Shown here: piece by piece, positions 12,199 to 24,865 of the stretch
Numbering within the stretch: the stretch's first letter is position 1
How the letters are laid out: each line of letters opens with the position of its first letter
The notes under the pieces: model-generated
What the model was told of the DNA's origin: nothing
What the model saw: the letters and a program-made list of their open reading frames with translations, nothing else
The model's database searches: none
DNA from: Paragordius varius
Lineage: Eukaryota; Animalia; Nematomorpha
Assembly (NCBI GenBank): GCA_964247055.1
Contig: OZ176058.1
Location: forward strand, 2,046,001-2,110,000
Length of the DNA stretch: 64,000 nucleotides
Direction of reading: 5' to 3'
Position numbers and translations under genes: made by a program

Positions 12199-14485
12199 CA
12201 GTGATAGGCCGCGTGCGGCCCTAAGAGTGCTTTAAAATTGCCCTATGACCATATTGATACTTAAATTATTTTTTATTGGTAATATTTAAAATACACATAA
12301 AAAAATTTTCCCTTATTTAATATTAATTTATTTTTCTTAGATATATATTTGGTATTTTTTATTTTTTATCCAATTTGAAATGTATAAAAATTTTTCTACA
12401 TAAAATTGATTAAAAACTTTGGCACACTTTGTTTCTTGTGTATTCCATTTTCTTTCTATTTTGAAAATTTTGTATTTAAGCAGCCCCTCACCCAAACTTG
12501 CATATATTTCATTGCTATCCTGCATCATTTTTTATCATTTACATAAAATATATTTCAAATCAACATCATTTAATTTCGATCTGTTTTTTCATAGCATAAT
12601 TCAAATTATATTCCTATTTTTTTTAAAAAATTTACGTAATATTCCAACAAATTTAAAGGATGACATCTAATCATAAATTATCCGATGAAAATCGCTTCTT
12701 TAAAAAGAATCGGAAGAAATTTTTTTGTCGTTTTAATAAAAACGTTACCTGCCTTATATGTAAAGACAATATAATTATATAAAATACAATTTATGATTTT
12801 ACAATCCATCATCATAAATTACCGAAAAATCATGAAAAAAGAAACAAAAAAATATAAAAAAGATTAAGTTATACGAAACAAAGATCTATTTTGTCCAGCT
12901 TCGTGTGAAAATTTGCTATATTTTAAAAATGAAACCTTTTACTGATTCCCAACTAATAAAAGAGGGTCTAATAAATGATTGCCCTTTTTTATTGATAAAT
13001 TTCATAATAAAGATAAAATCGTGAGACAACATTGAATATATGTCAAAATATATTTTTAACAATATATTATTGGCTCTAAAAACCTGCAACTTTTAGTATT
13101 GCTATTGATTCTAGCACGAGGATTATATAAATTTTACCAATGAATAATATCACGAAAGGACAATTTTCTTTAAATAATTAGCAATTTTTTCGTTAATAAT
13201 GGTATATCAATGAAAAAATTAATTTCAATCTGCACAGATGGCTGTCCCTCTATGATTGGACTAAAAGGATTTATTTCTCTTTTGGAAAACAAATATAATT
13301 TGAAAAATATTTTATCCTCTCACTGCTTCATTCATCAGCAAAACTTATTTTCGACTGTAAAAGATGAATCACTCGATTCGGTAATTAAAACGGTAGTGGA
13401 TATATTTAACCACAACCGTGGCAGAGAACTCAACCGCCGTAAATTCCAAAACCTTCTGAAAGATATCCTTAGTGATGATGATATTCTTTTGTAATCCGCA
13501 GTGAGATGACTAAACCTGAGCAAAGTATTAAATAGATTTTTTGTGACATGAAATAATATTTGTTAAAGATAACAGAATTATTAACGAGGAAATAAATAGT
13601 GACAAATGATGGGTTTTATTTGCCCACCTTTGCGACATTATTTATAAACTTATTATTTTTAATAGAAGTCTTCAAGGGAGCAATATAATAGCCCAATTCG
13701 CTGATCAAATATTTACTTTTGAAGAAGAATTAATAATATATAAACAAGATATCATAATTAAAACACTCCTAAAATTTTCAACACTTAAAACGATTCATGA
13801 AGAAAATATGGAATTTACGGCGAGATTTATTTAATAATAGACCTTTATTTAACATTTTTAATTAATGAGATGATATTCAGATTTCAAGAAATATGAAATA
13901 ATAAAATTTGCTTAAAACTCCTTGAAAATCCATATATCCATGAGCAACTTGAGCATTTTTGGTTTAGATCAGGCGCATATAAATGAAGAATTTGTAGATT
14001 TTAAAAATGATACCAATTTAGAGGGTATACAAAGGATAATCGTAGAGAAGAAATTTATGTAGAGTTTTGGCAATACGATATAAATATGAAAATATAATAA
14101 AATTTGCTCAAGTTATGCTAACTGTTTTTCCCTCAACTTACACATAACAGAGTATTCGAAAATGAAGTATGTCATGAATACATACAGAAATCGCTTAACC
14201 AATGATTATATGGACGACTTATTAAGATTAGCCTGTCATAAGGCGAAACCAAATTTGTCAAAAATTATTGGTTAATATTAATATAAATGTAGTTATCAAA
14301 ATATTTTAATTTTTTTGAACTAAATGGTTTACATGCGATCCGCACAAAATTAATTGTGCTGATTAGAGTATGAATATGGGCATATGTGTCAATTAGCTAT
14401 GAAACATTTGCCATATAAGGTTCATGGCCCTCGAAAAAATATATATTTTATTTGGCCCGTCAAATTTTTTTGGTGAGTACCACTG
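12199..14485 (+). mobile_element. hAT (Buster/Charlie/SPIN-like) DNA transposon, defective
   Basis: CAGTG...CACTG ends. Perfect 8-bp TSD GTTTAGAC (12191-12198 and 14486-14493) with the central TA typical of Buster targets. Subterminal GGCCGC.TGCGGCCC motif. Confidence 0.9.
12580..14275 (+). pseudogene. hAT transposase pseudogene (GTF2IRD2/SPIN-like)
   Basis: ORF 13210-13494 has SICTDGCPSMIG...SHCFIHQQNL (DG.P.M.G and HC.IH motifs). C-terminal dimerisation-like FW...FPSTY...SKMKYVMNTYRNRLTNDYMDDLLRLA. Many stops and frameshifts. Confidence 0.85.
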
Positions 14486-16117
14486 GTTTAGACTTTCGAT
14501 TCCTTGCAATTTATATTTAATTTTAATTAGGTTGGGACATATAACTATCCCAATTAGAATTGAATAACTGAAATGAATGTGATGTATGCAAGTGTTGGGA
14601 AAACTAACTTATTTTAGAAGCGCAAAAAATTTGGGACTTATGGAGCCCTCAAAAAAAATTTTTCTAAATATTCTTATGATTTTAAAAGTAGTTTATAATA
14701 AATTATAGTATTTTTTGGAAAAAGGCACTTGGTTTTTACCAGTATAGTTAATTTAAAAAAATATGTGCGAATTTTACCCTTTTCTGATATGGAGCACTTG
14801 CCACAAAGGTGTAAATTTTAAAAATAATAAGCTTCATAAGCCCCATGAAATTTTGATACATTTTTTCATCAGAATATATTTATTTTATCAAATATCTTTT
14901 CATAGCCACAGATTATGTACATTCTATCATAATATATTAGATTTCGTTAGCCTTAAAATATCATACAACTCGACACAACAAAATTAAACAAATTTAGTGA
15001 TGTCAAAATTTCATTAATTTTTAAACCCAAATTTTTTATATTTATTTTAAAAAAACTGGTTTGTTGTAGTAGGACATGGGTACTTTCGGAATGTGCAACT
15101 AAAAAAATTTTTTTCGTATGCTGCTAATATATTTTAGCAGTAGTTTTTAAAATTAAGCTAGCTTTCACCAAAAAAATATTTAACTAAATGTCTCAAATAA
15201 TGACTTATTTCTGATCCGGAGCAGTAACCACAAAAGTGTATAACTTTTTTAAATCCGTATAGCGCCAACGAATTGACCAAATTTTCTTGGAAGATTATAT
15301 ATTTCTTGGTGATTATTGGTGGACACTAGAAGTCCATGCAATTATTATCCCTAACTTTCAATTAAACCATTTAAAACGCTAAATAAATTGGTGGATAAGA
15401 CTGGATAAATTGTTTCGAATCCATCTGAATTATATGCAAATTTGGATTAAACAATAGCTAAATAAACCACGGCCCTATTTTTTTGGTTTATTTAATTTGT
15501 TATACTTGTTTTAATTAAATATTTGCAAATGTGTAAGGCAGCTATCTATAAAATTTTTGTCCGTATTATATTGTGCGCCTTAGACGAGAGAAATAAGGCC
15601 AATATATTTCGAATATTATCTATTAAAAAATAATTATTTGCGATGTAAACGATAAATGATTATACTATATATATTTTATTTTAATTTTCTCATTTTTTTT
15701 AAAAAAAATTATTTAAATTTAAGGTTCGATTACAATCTATCCACAAATCTTTTGTTAGCCATTTATGAATACATGTCGACATGCAACAAAGTAATTGGAT
15801 TTCTATAACCATCAAATATTTATTCTTGGATCAAAATTTTACATATCTTTTTTAATTTTGTGCTAAAGGGTGTGGCACTTCGGTCACTGTCCACAATATA
15901 TATCTAAATCGAACTAACCAATTTTGGCCTCTGTTATTATCTATTTATATTTGTTTTATTATATTCAATAAATTTTCATTTTTTTATATAGTTGTATTAT
16001 AATGTTTTACTTGTGTACGTATTGTTCGAAATTTTTGAAATTTGATCATTGTACAACCATCGTTAATCATTTCCGATTTCCATTGAAAAATTGTATCAAA
16101 CCGATCTTTTTGTATTA

Positions 16118-17228
16118 CACTAGACAACAAATTTTTCTGCCACTCGAGTTTTTTGCATTTTCTGATATTTAGTATCATTCTAACAGTAAATCTGAAATAA
16201 AAATTATAACTCGATGAAAGAATTTTGTATAATCTGATTTTTTTGATTATGCGCCCTCTTTATCAAAAATTTACTAAAAATGTTTTTCTTTGAAAATATA
16301 CAAGTAATGACCATTTGTAATATATCATTCGAAAGAGTATTAAAAACTCTATAAAATGCATACTAATATGTATTACATCGACAGTTAATATTGGACACAA
16401 AGAGCGACAAACGCGCGAAGCGAGAGCATTTTTTTTAATTATTATATTTTTAAAACTAATGGATGAAAATAGTTCAAACTTTGTTTAGATGGAGATGAAT
16501 GTCCAAAAAAGATAACACAAGAAAGTTTTTTTTGATTAAAACATTTTTAATTGCTTTTATGTCACTCAAAACAGCCATTTTTAAGTTTTTTGTTTTTTAA
16601 AAATTACCATCTCATCAATATTAATTTATTTTCTTTACGAGGCTGATAATTTCGAAATTTTTAAGATAAAAACAAAGTTTAAGGTATTTTTGATCTTTTA
16701 TAGCCATTATGTAATAAATTTATAGTTATAACTATGCATTTTAGTATCCACTAGGTAAAATATTTAATATAATAATAATTTTTATTTAAAAAGCAATCCA
16801 AAAGCTTTTTCAAACATTTTTCTTAAATTAAATACTAATATAACCCTAATAATTATATTAAAATAATTTATATGATTTTCAAATTAGTTTGTCTGTGAAA
16901 ATTGACTTATTTAAGGATTGAAAATTTCGACTATTAAATCCAAATAACTTTTACATCCGATTGATTTAAATGACTTACTACCATTTAAAAGATTCAGTTT
17001 TTTGCGCTCTTTCGAATGATATAAAATACATGGCTTCATATCTAAAACTTTAAATTTTCGAAATTTTGAGTTTAATGTTAAATCGGGGCCAAAAATTATC
17101 GATAAACTCTAATATAAAAAAATTCTTCCATGCTAGACCAATTTTCTTATATACTAATTATGTACTTTAATGATATAAATTTTAGATTTACAAGAATGGC
17201 AGTTAAAAAAAGTTAAAATTTGTTAGTG
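16118..17228 (-). mobile_element. Chapaev3-type non-autonomous element, copy 2 (inverted relative to copy 1)
   Basis: TTA|CACTAGACAACAAATTT...AAAATTTGTTAGTG|TTA. Reverse complement of 5137-6255 throughout. Confidence 0.88.
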
Positions 17229-20213
17229 TTATCGTAGCCCAAGCTCAAATTTAAATCGCTTTATACTGTAGATTATATAGGTCTCTTTGGTTAATTTAAG
17301 TAAATTATCAATTCTTGTAAGATTATATTCCTTCCTACAAAAAATGAATATGATTATATGTACGTAGTTGACGGTATCCAAACTGTAACCCACAATGCCT
17401 GCAGCCATAGTTTGGCCCTGAAATATGTTTTAATTTTTATCTGCATAAACAGCTATAATTATAATAAACGTCCTTTAAAAAGTTTTGGGTATATACCACG
17501 GATATAGGCATTGCTGTTGAATTTTAAATTTATATTGCAATATATTTATCAGCGATGGGGCCCGCAAATAAACTATCTATAATTTGTATTCTTTAAAATC
17601 ACATTTCTCACACAATTTTTTTTTAATTATTCTATTGGCAATTTGTTAAAATTGTTCCATTGTGTTTAAATTATATTTGAAATTTAATATATTATATATG
17701 ATTGCCTACATATATTTACCCAGCGAAGCCATTTAAGTTGCAGACCTGATTAAACTGATATATTTTGACGGACATTCTTTTCTACACATTTTGATCATAA
17801 ATGGAATTGAAAATAAAATCATTTTTACAAAGAATAAACTAAACTTAGAAAAATTAATGTAATCAGTTTTTCAACTGCTGCAGGTTAACCCAGATTAAAA
17901 TAATTTGACAATTCAATATGTTGAACCCAGGGACAAGCATTCGAATCTTAAGCAAAAAAGGTTTTAGAACCGTTACCTTATCCTAACCTATGTTAAAAGT
18001 ATTTGACATACAACCAAGAATAAATATAAATATATTATATAAAAATAAAAGATATTTATTATATTAACAAAAATATATTACAATAATAAATTGACATATG
18101 GCCAAATATTGTTAGTTCGATTTAGATTAATATTTGCGGACAGTGGCAGACGGATCGCCATACCCTTTAGCAGAATTAAAAAGAAAAATGTAAAAATTGG
18201 TCCAGGAATATATGTTTGATGAAAATAAAGTAAAATCCAATTACTGTTGCATGAAATTTGGTCATAAAATGGCTGAAATGGTTTAGTGGTTAGATTGTAG
18301 GCTTATATTTATTTTGTTTTTGTCAAAAAAATAACAGTTGATTAAATAAAATTAATTCAGCAAAATTTAAAAAACGGCTAGAAACTGGTAAAAAAGGGAT
18401 AAATATTCAGAGCCAATTTAGCAAAGTACATCAAGATATACCTGATAATAATTTTGTTTGGGAATACTCATTTTTTAATATTTGTAGGCGATGGCATTAA
18501 GAATAGTTTGTTACTAAATTTTTTTAGCAAATTTTAATTATTGATAATTATTCTTAGGTACAATAATAATTTATATATTTATCAATAGAAAGAGTATGAA
18601 CTTTAAATATTTTTTTGAGAAAATGGACAAACCCATTACAATTCCAAAGTGAAAAATTTTCGATCATTTTTAAATGCCCAGTGACTAAGTCAATTTTTTA
18701 TATAAAATCCGCAGTTTTTCTCCACTTCTCGTGTAAAGGGGCGATTTAAAAAATGAAAGTACCCAAAATATTTTAAGCATAAAGGATGCAACTTGTAGCC
18801 CTATTTAATTTCAATTGTATGATTTTAATTGTTATATGCGACTATCTAGGCTCTTTTATAAAATTAGCACCTCACTGTTGCTCTAACTTATGAAAAAAAT
18901 GGGTTTCGGAAGATTTGCTTTTTAAATCATTTCGAAAAGTGTGGGCGAAGATTTAGGTAAACAATGGGGCGGTGAATAAAAGTTTTAAAACAGAAAAGTA
19001 TTGCATTTAAAGTTTTATGTGGGCACCTCACAAATTGTAATCAGCTGCTGAAGGTTGCTTTAATAAAATATTAATTAAAGAATTTGTTGGAATTCAAAAA
19101 AATTAAATAAAAAACCATTTTTAATAAAGATATATTGACAACTTTATTAAAAACTCTTTCCAATCTTAAAAAACCGTCTCAAATATTATGCATTAAATCA
19201 GTTTATAAAATTTTGTTTAGAATTTTTCGATGTCATAGCTCTTAATGTAAGTTTTTTTCGGCAATTTAAGCATTTGAGCTTATTCAACACAACATAATTT
19301 TATTATGCGCAATGACGTTTGATTTTTATACCTAAGTAGTTTACATCACTGTTTTGAAGTTTGTTTCTACCTTGAGAATAACGGATTCATATAGCTCAAA
19401 TCATGATTAACATAATAAGTTATTATGATAATATCATAAATTTACTGGTGAATTATATATTATCAAAAGATAATTATTTTTTTCAACCATAATATTCATT
19501 GGTTTGATGGGGGAGAAAAAGTTATCTATTTTTTACAATATAATTTTTATGCACCTAAAAAGCTCAAGTAAGATTACACTGTGCAACAAAATATGGGGTC
19601 AATTTTCTGGACTCAATTTTCTAAATATTTTCTGATTCCTTATAGTATTGTGATCAGATTTGTGTAAAAAATTTTTTTACTTACCCAGCTCGTTTTCGAG
19701 ATATGGGACTTTTTCCATATTTGGACATATCCAAAATTTTCTTGTTTGTAAATATTTTTCGCTATGTAAACAAATAATATGTGGCTTACATAAGTATTTT
19801 TACTGGAAATTACCAATTTATCTTCAAAATAAAAAAAAATTTACTCAAAATATCCAATACATTTTGTTTTAGGGGGCAAAAACCCTCAAAAATTGGGTAA
19901 CTTAACATTTTTTCACACAAATATTTTTTATCAATTTATTAAAACAAAACAAACTTTATTATATGTTCTTGGATGTTAATAATGTTTGTTCAAATATAAA
20001 TATCACTTTGTAATAGCTTTGTGGACTTTTATTTTTAAAAATAAATTTAATTTTTACAGCTTTTTTGTTGCTTTTTTTATGTAAAAAATGATTTAATTTT
20101 ACTCAGCTGCATATAATATATTCTTTATTTCTTATGATATTTTTAAATATTTCCCACACTTAAATATACTCCATATCAGTTTTTTCATCAAGAAATATTA
20201 TTATATACCCAAA

Positions 20214-20803
20214 ATGTACAAAAAATATAATTACTACCCAAGTATATATATATATATTTATTATTTTAGGATAGATAAAAATATTGTTTGCCATATATGT
20301 GGACAATACACAAAAAAACTAATAGTATAAACATTACCACTTACATAAAAAACTATTTTTTTATATAGATTTGGGCCCCGAACACCGTATTTCGGACATG
20401 TAGCATTAGTTTAGGAGCATGGTACCACAAAACCGGACCTGGACTCCCTTGGGGTATCCCTATGTGGCGAGAGCCAAAATCTAATTCTGAATGTTTTTGT
20501 GCAGTTCCAAAACCATTTCTTATTAACATTACCAAAAAAAACAAGAAACCTATCGAATATCCAAACTTTTCCTGTGCAATTCGTCCTGTTTATCATTCCA
20601 TTGACCTTCCCGTACCGTCATCTCCAACCATTCATATCGATTTATTTGATATGATGGATGATACTGATTTGGAATTTTATCATCAAGATATAAAGGACAC
20701 TAATAAATTAAGTGGCACTGAGGTGATATCCCTAATCAAAAAATTACATCTTAAAACGGTATTTTTAGAAAACCCTTCGAAAAAACCTATCGAAACAATA
20801 TAA
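20214..20803 (+). pseudogene. Chapaev3 transposase N-terminal fragment
   Basis: CHICGQY...WAPNTVFRTCSISLGAWYHK..LPWGIPMWREPKSNSECFC...KKPIEYPNFSCAIRPVYHSIDLPVP. Homologous to FCICCG...WAPQKICDAC...PMIWRIP...CYFC...IVYP..PTAIKPV in the 60071 transposase. Confidence 0.85.
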
Positions 20804-21861
20804 ATTTAATTTGCGATTATATATATATATATATATATATATGAATAAATAAATTATTATTTTATTTTTTCTACACCTAATTTACTTTATATAAAGTCTA
20901 GATTAGATTATCCGTGTCTACATCTGTACACCAAAATAAATTCTAAATATTCACTCTAACAACTGATTATAATTTGGATTTGCATATAGTTTAATATATT
21001 ATGATGAAATTATTTATTAATGGTATTATATTTTATTTAAACGTTTTTAATAAGATAAGGCATATCCAATTTTCTCTGCACAGACGTCCATATTGAAAGC
21101 TAATCTATTATGTGATATACAAATTGTTGCGATTGGGTACTTTGTCATGGTAATATAACTACCTGATCGATATTTTGTTTTTATAAGAAATGAAAGAAAT
21201 CAATAAAATACTTTTATATGGCAGACGCCAAAAGCGAATTGGTAAATAATTTTAAATACTTGGGCGATGTCATACATTGCCTAGGTAGAATAAACCAATC
21301 AGTTAAATATAGATCCTAACAGGCTGGGGTAAAATATCATTAACTTAAATTTATGTTTAAAAATAAACACATATCAGCAAAAAACAAAGGTTTGATTAGA
21401 GTTGTTGATAAGCGACAATAGTTTAAATTAAATGAAACGTTAACGACAAAAAACAATAATTACCGAAGAGACGATAACCCAAATAAAATTTATAAGAATA
21501 TATGGTTAAAATTATTAAAAATATAATTTAGTATAGGAGGGTGCTTTCCTTTGATTTCCCTGTGGCATACGTACTGTTCTAAACAACTGAAATTTTATGG
21601 GTGATTACACTTTAATTAAAAAAGAATTCATTTCTAAGTATCGTAAAACTTCATCAGGGTAATAAGCTTCTTTAGATTGCACTCTTGACAAAGAGGGAAT
21701 CATCCATATCCCTAAGTATATATATATATATATATATATATATAATGTATTTGATGGAATCAAGGTGTGTTCTTCTCTTATCCAAAAGGCAAAAGTTTTT
21801 TCCGATTCAGAATTCAATTACAAATTTATATAAGAATCATTGTCCATTTCATATTATTATA

Positions 21862-23355
21862 CCATTTTTCAGGCAAAAACATCATTTTTTCAAGCAAACG
21901 CAACATTTTTTCAAGCAAAGGCAACAATTTTTCAAGCAAATGCAACATTTTTTCAAGCAAAGACAACATTTTTTCAAGCAAACGCAAAATTTTTTCAAGC
22001 AAACGCAACATTTTTTCAAGCAAACGCAACATTTTTTCAACCAAATACAACATTTTTTCATTCAAACGCAACATTTTTTCAACCAAAGATAACATTTTTT
22101 CAAGCAAAAACAACACTTTTTTTAACATTACAAAGAATTACTATTTATTGTTAATAATTAAATATTTATTAAATTTTAAGTTAATGTAATTTATTTTTAG
22201 CGTTGAATTATGATTTTTATCGTTTTATCATCAATATTTGATGGTAAAATTGATTTTCAAACATTTTGATTTTGCCCATAAATTGCCTTATTTATTTATA
22301 TTAATTATATTTTTCTTTTACAATTTTAGTTTCGCCTATAATCAATTTATATAATTTTCACTTCAAGAGTGTCTTTGTAAGTTTAAAGTTGTCCTTCACT
22401 TTGTTTTTAACTTTTATTAATTAAATCGAAAATAATTTATCTATTTTATTGTTTTTAACCTATTTTTTTATTATTTAACATAAATTTTAAATCGATATCA
22501 ACTTTTAATCTTAGAGAAACCGTATATTAATTAATAATTTTAGATATTTATAACACGAAAAAAATATATGAGTTTTCTGGGTTATTAGAAATTTTTCATT
22601 AAAAACATTAAAAGTTAATAATTTTGTTCAATTAAAAAAAATATTTTGAAATAAAAAAGTGGTTTTTCAAAAAATTTTAAATGGATAAATACATAATAAA
22701 TAAAGAAAATTAGGTTAATAAATAATAATATTAAAAAATAAATGCAAAAATTAGGGTAAAACAAAATTTATAAATTTTAAGACCAACTTAAAGAGTTCAA
22801 GGACCAACTTGAAATGTTCAAGGACCAACTTGAAGTGTTCAAGGACACTCTTGAAGTGCAAATTAAATAAATTGATTATAGGCGAAACTAAAATTGTAAA
22901 AGAAAAATATAATTAATATAAATAAATAGGGCAATTTATGGGCAAAATCAAAATGTTTGAAAATCAATTTTACCATCAAATATTGCTGATAAAACGATAA
23001 AAATCATAATTCAACGCTAAAAATAAATTACATTAACTTAAAATTTAATAAATAATTTATAATTAGCAATAAATAGTAATTCTTTGTAATGTTAAAAAAA
23101 GTGTTGTTTTTGCTTGAAAAAATGTTGTCTTTGGTTGAAAAAATGTTGCGTTTGGATAAAAAAATGTTGTATTTGGTTGAAAAAATGTTGCGTTTGCTTG
23201 AAAAAATGTTGCGTTTGCTTGAAAAAATGTTGCGTTTGCTTGAAAAAATGTTGTCTTTGCTTGAAAAAATGTTGCATTTGCTTGAAAAATTGTTGCCTTT
23301 GCTTGAAAAAATGTTGCGTTTGCTTGAAAAAATGATGTTTTTGCATGAAAAATGG
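21862..23355. mobile_element. Foldback-like element with inverted arrays of a 21-bp repeat
   Basis: TATA|CCATTTTTCA...TGAAAAATGG|TATA. Arms ~21862-22400 and ~22850-23355. Unit TTTTCAAGCAAACGCAACATT, about 11-12 per arm. Confidence 0.85.
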
Positions 23356-24807
23356 TATATAAAATATTTAAAAAGGAAGCAAACGAATCAACATATCTGA
23401 CACCATATATTGTCAAAATTTAAAAATTGTGAAAAAATGAAATTAGTATTTACAGCTGAGTAAATTAAATTATTTTTTACATAAAAAAAGCAACAAAAAA
23501 GCTGTAAAAATTAAATTTATTTTTAAAAATAAAAGTCCACAAAGCTATTACAAAGTGATATTTATACTTAAACAAACATTATTAACATCCAAGAACATAT
23601 AAAAAAGTTTGTTTTGATTTAATAAATTGATAAAAAATATTTGTGTAAAAAAATGTTAAGTTACCCAATTTTTAAGGGTTTTTGCCCCCTAAAACAAAAA
23701 GTATTGGGTATTTTGAGTAATTTTTTTTATTTTGAAGATAAATTGGTAATTTCTTGTAAAAATACTTATGTAAGCCATATATTATTTGTTTAAATAGCGA
23801 AAAATATTTACAAACAAGAAAATTTTGGATATGTCCAAATATGGAAAAAGTCCCATATCTCGAAAACGAGCTGGGTAAGTAAAAAAAATTTTTATGCAAA
23901 TCTGATCACAATACTATAAGGAATCAGAAATATTTAGAAAATCGAGTCCAGAAAAAGTTGTGTCACAGTGTTATTTTTAAATTTTTTAAATTGTTTATAT
24001 CTTAGAGTAACAAAAAGGTCAAAAAATATTACGAACTCTCCCACGGGGCCCATATATACATACGCTGCAATAAAATATATAGTTGTTTTTAGAAATGAGC
24101 CATGCTCACCAAAAATTATTATCAAAAAAGCGCAAATTTGTTATTCCTTTTAATTTTTTCTTTCAAAAAATATAATATTTAGTATATTTGCATGTTATAA
24201 AATTTTAACATAATTTATGTGAATCAATACTTTTTATACTATTGAGCATTCTTAAAGATAAACCGTGTAATGCATCCATTTAGATATAATATTATTTTTT
24301 AAATATTTAAAAAATATATATTTTATTTAATTTTAATTATCCACATTACAATCTAACCACTTTATACATCCACCCTTTTATGAGTACATGTTATGCAAGT
24401 AAGTGAATTTCTTTTTATATTGAACTTACCTATTCTTGGATTAAATTACATTCTTCTTCTTATTTCATGCACAAGGGAGAAACAAGATCAATCTGACTTC
24501 TAATCTAAATCGAACTAATCCATTTCGGCCAACTGATATATTTGTATTTTTTATATATAATATGCCAATAAATTTTTCAAATATATTTTATACATATGCC
24601 ATTTTATAGTTTTTGTAATTTGACAGTTGGGTGTAATAATGTACGAAATGTTTTTAGTTAATTTTCACTTGATTCATATAGTATAGAAACTAATTCTCAT
24701 ACTAATTTAGATCATCCTACATATTCTTTTCTAATTTGAGAGGGGGGATACCTAGCTCTAAAGTTTCGAGATAGTGCCCTCAGTGATTTTTACAAGTTTT
24801 AAAACAG

Positions 24808-24865
24808 TAATCCTCAAACCGCGGCTCACGGTCCGCATACGCCCCCCCCCCCCCCCCCCCCCCCC
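24808..24865 (+). repeat. hAT-MITE-like end fragment followed by C24 homopolymer
   Basis: CAGTAATCCTCAAACCGCGGC...CGGTCCGCATACG then 24 C (24842-24865). Confidence 0.55.

Larger units (their letters stand above)
19577..23970 (+). mobile_element. Chapaev3-type deletion derivative with ~520-bp terminal inverted repeats
   Basis: TTA|CACTGTG...CACAGTG|TTA. Arms ~19577-20110 and ~23452-23970 are reverse complements. Contains an N-terminal transposase remnant and a nested foldback element. Confidence 0.85.

Noticed and set aside
21767-22189. 100-140-aa ORFs with 7-aa repeats (QTQHFFK, MLRLLEK, QANATFF)
   Set aside because: Open in nearly all frames on both strands because the 21-bp repeat unit lacks stops. 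Mirrored at 23063-23416.
21862-23355. CRISPR-like array
   Set aside because: Head-to-tail repeats with no unique spacers, in a eukaryotic context with no cas genes.
23063-23416. Cys-rich KKCCVCL ORF resembling metallothionein or keratin-associated proteins
   Set aside because: One reading of the same 21-bp array, so an artefact.
19660-23899. Paired ORFs 19660-19872 (+) and 23672-23899 (-) as duplicated genes
   Set aside because: They simply mirror the long TIRs and show no protein features.
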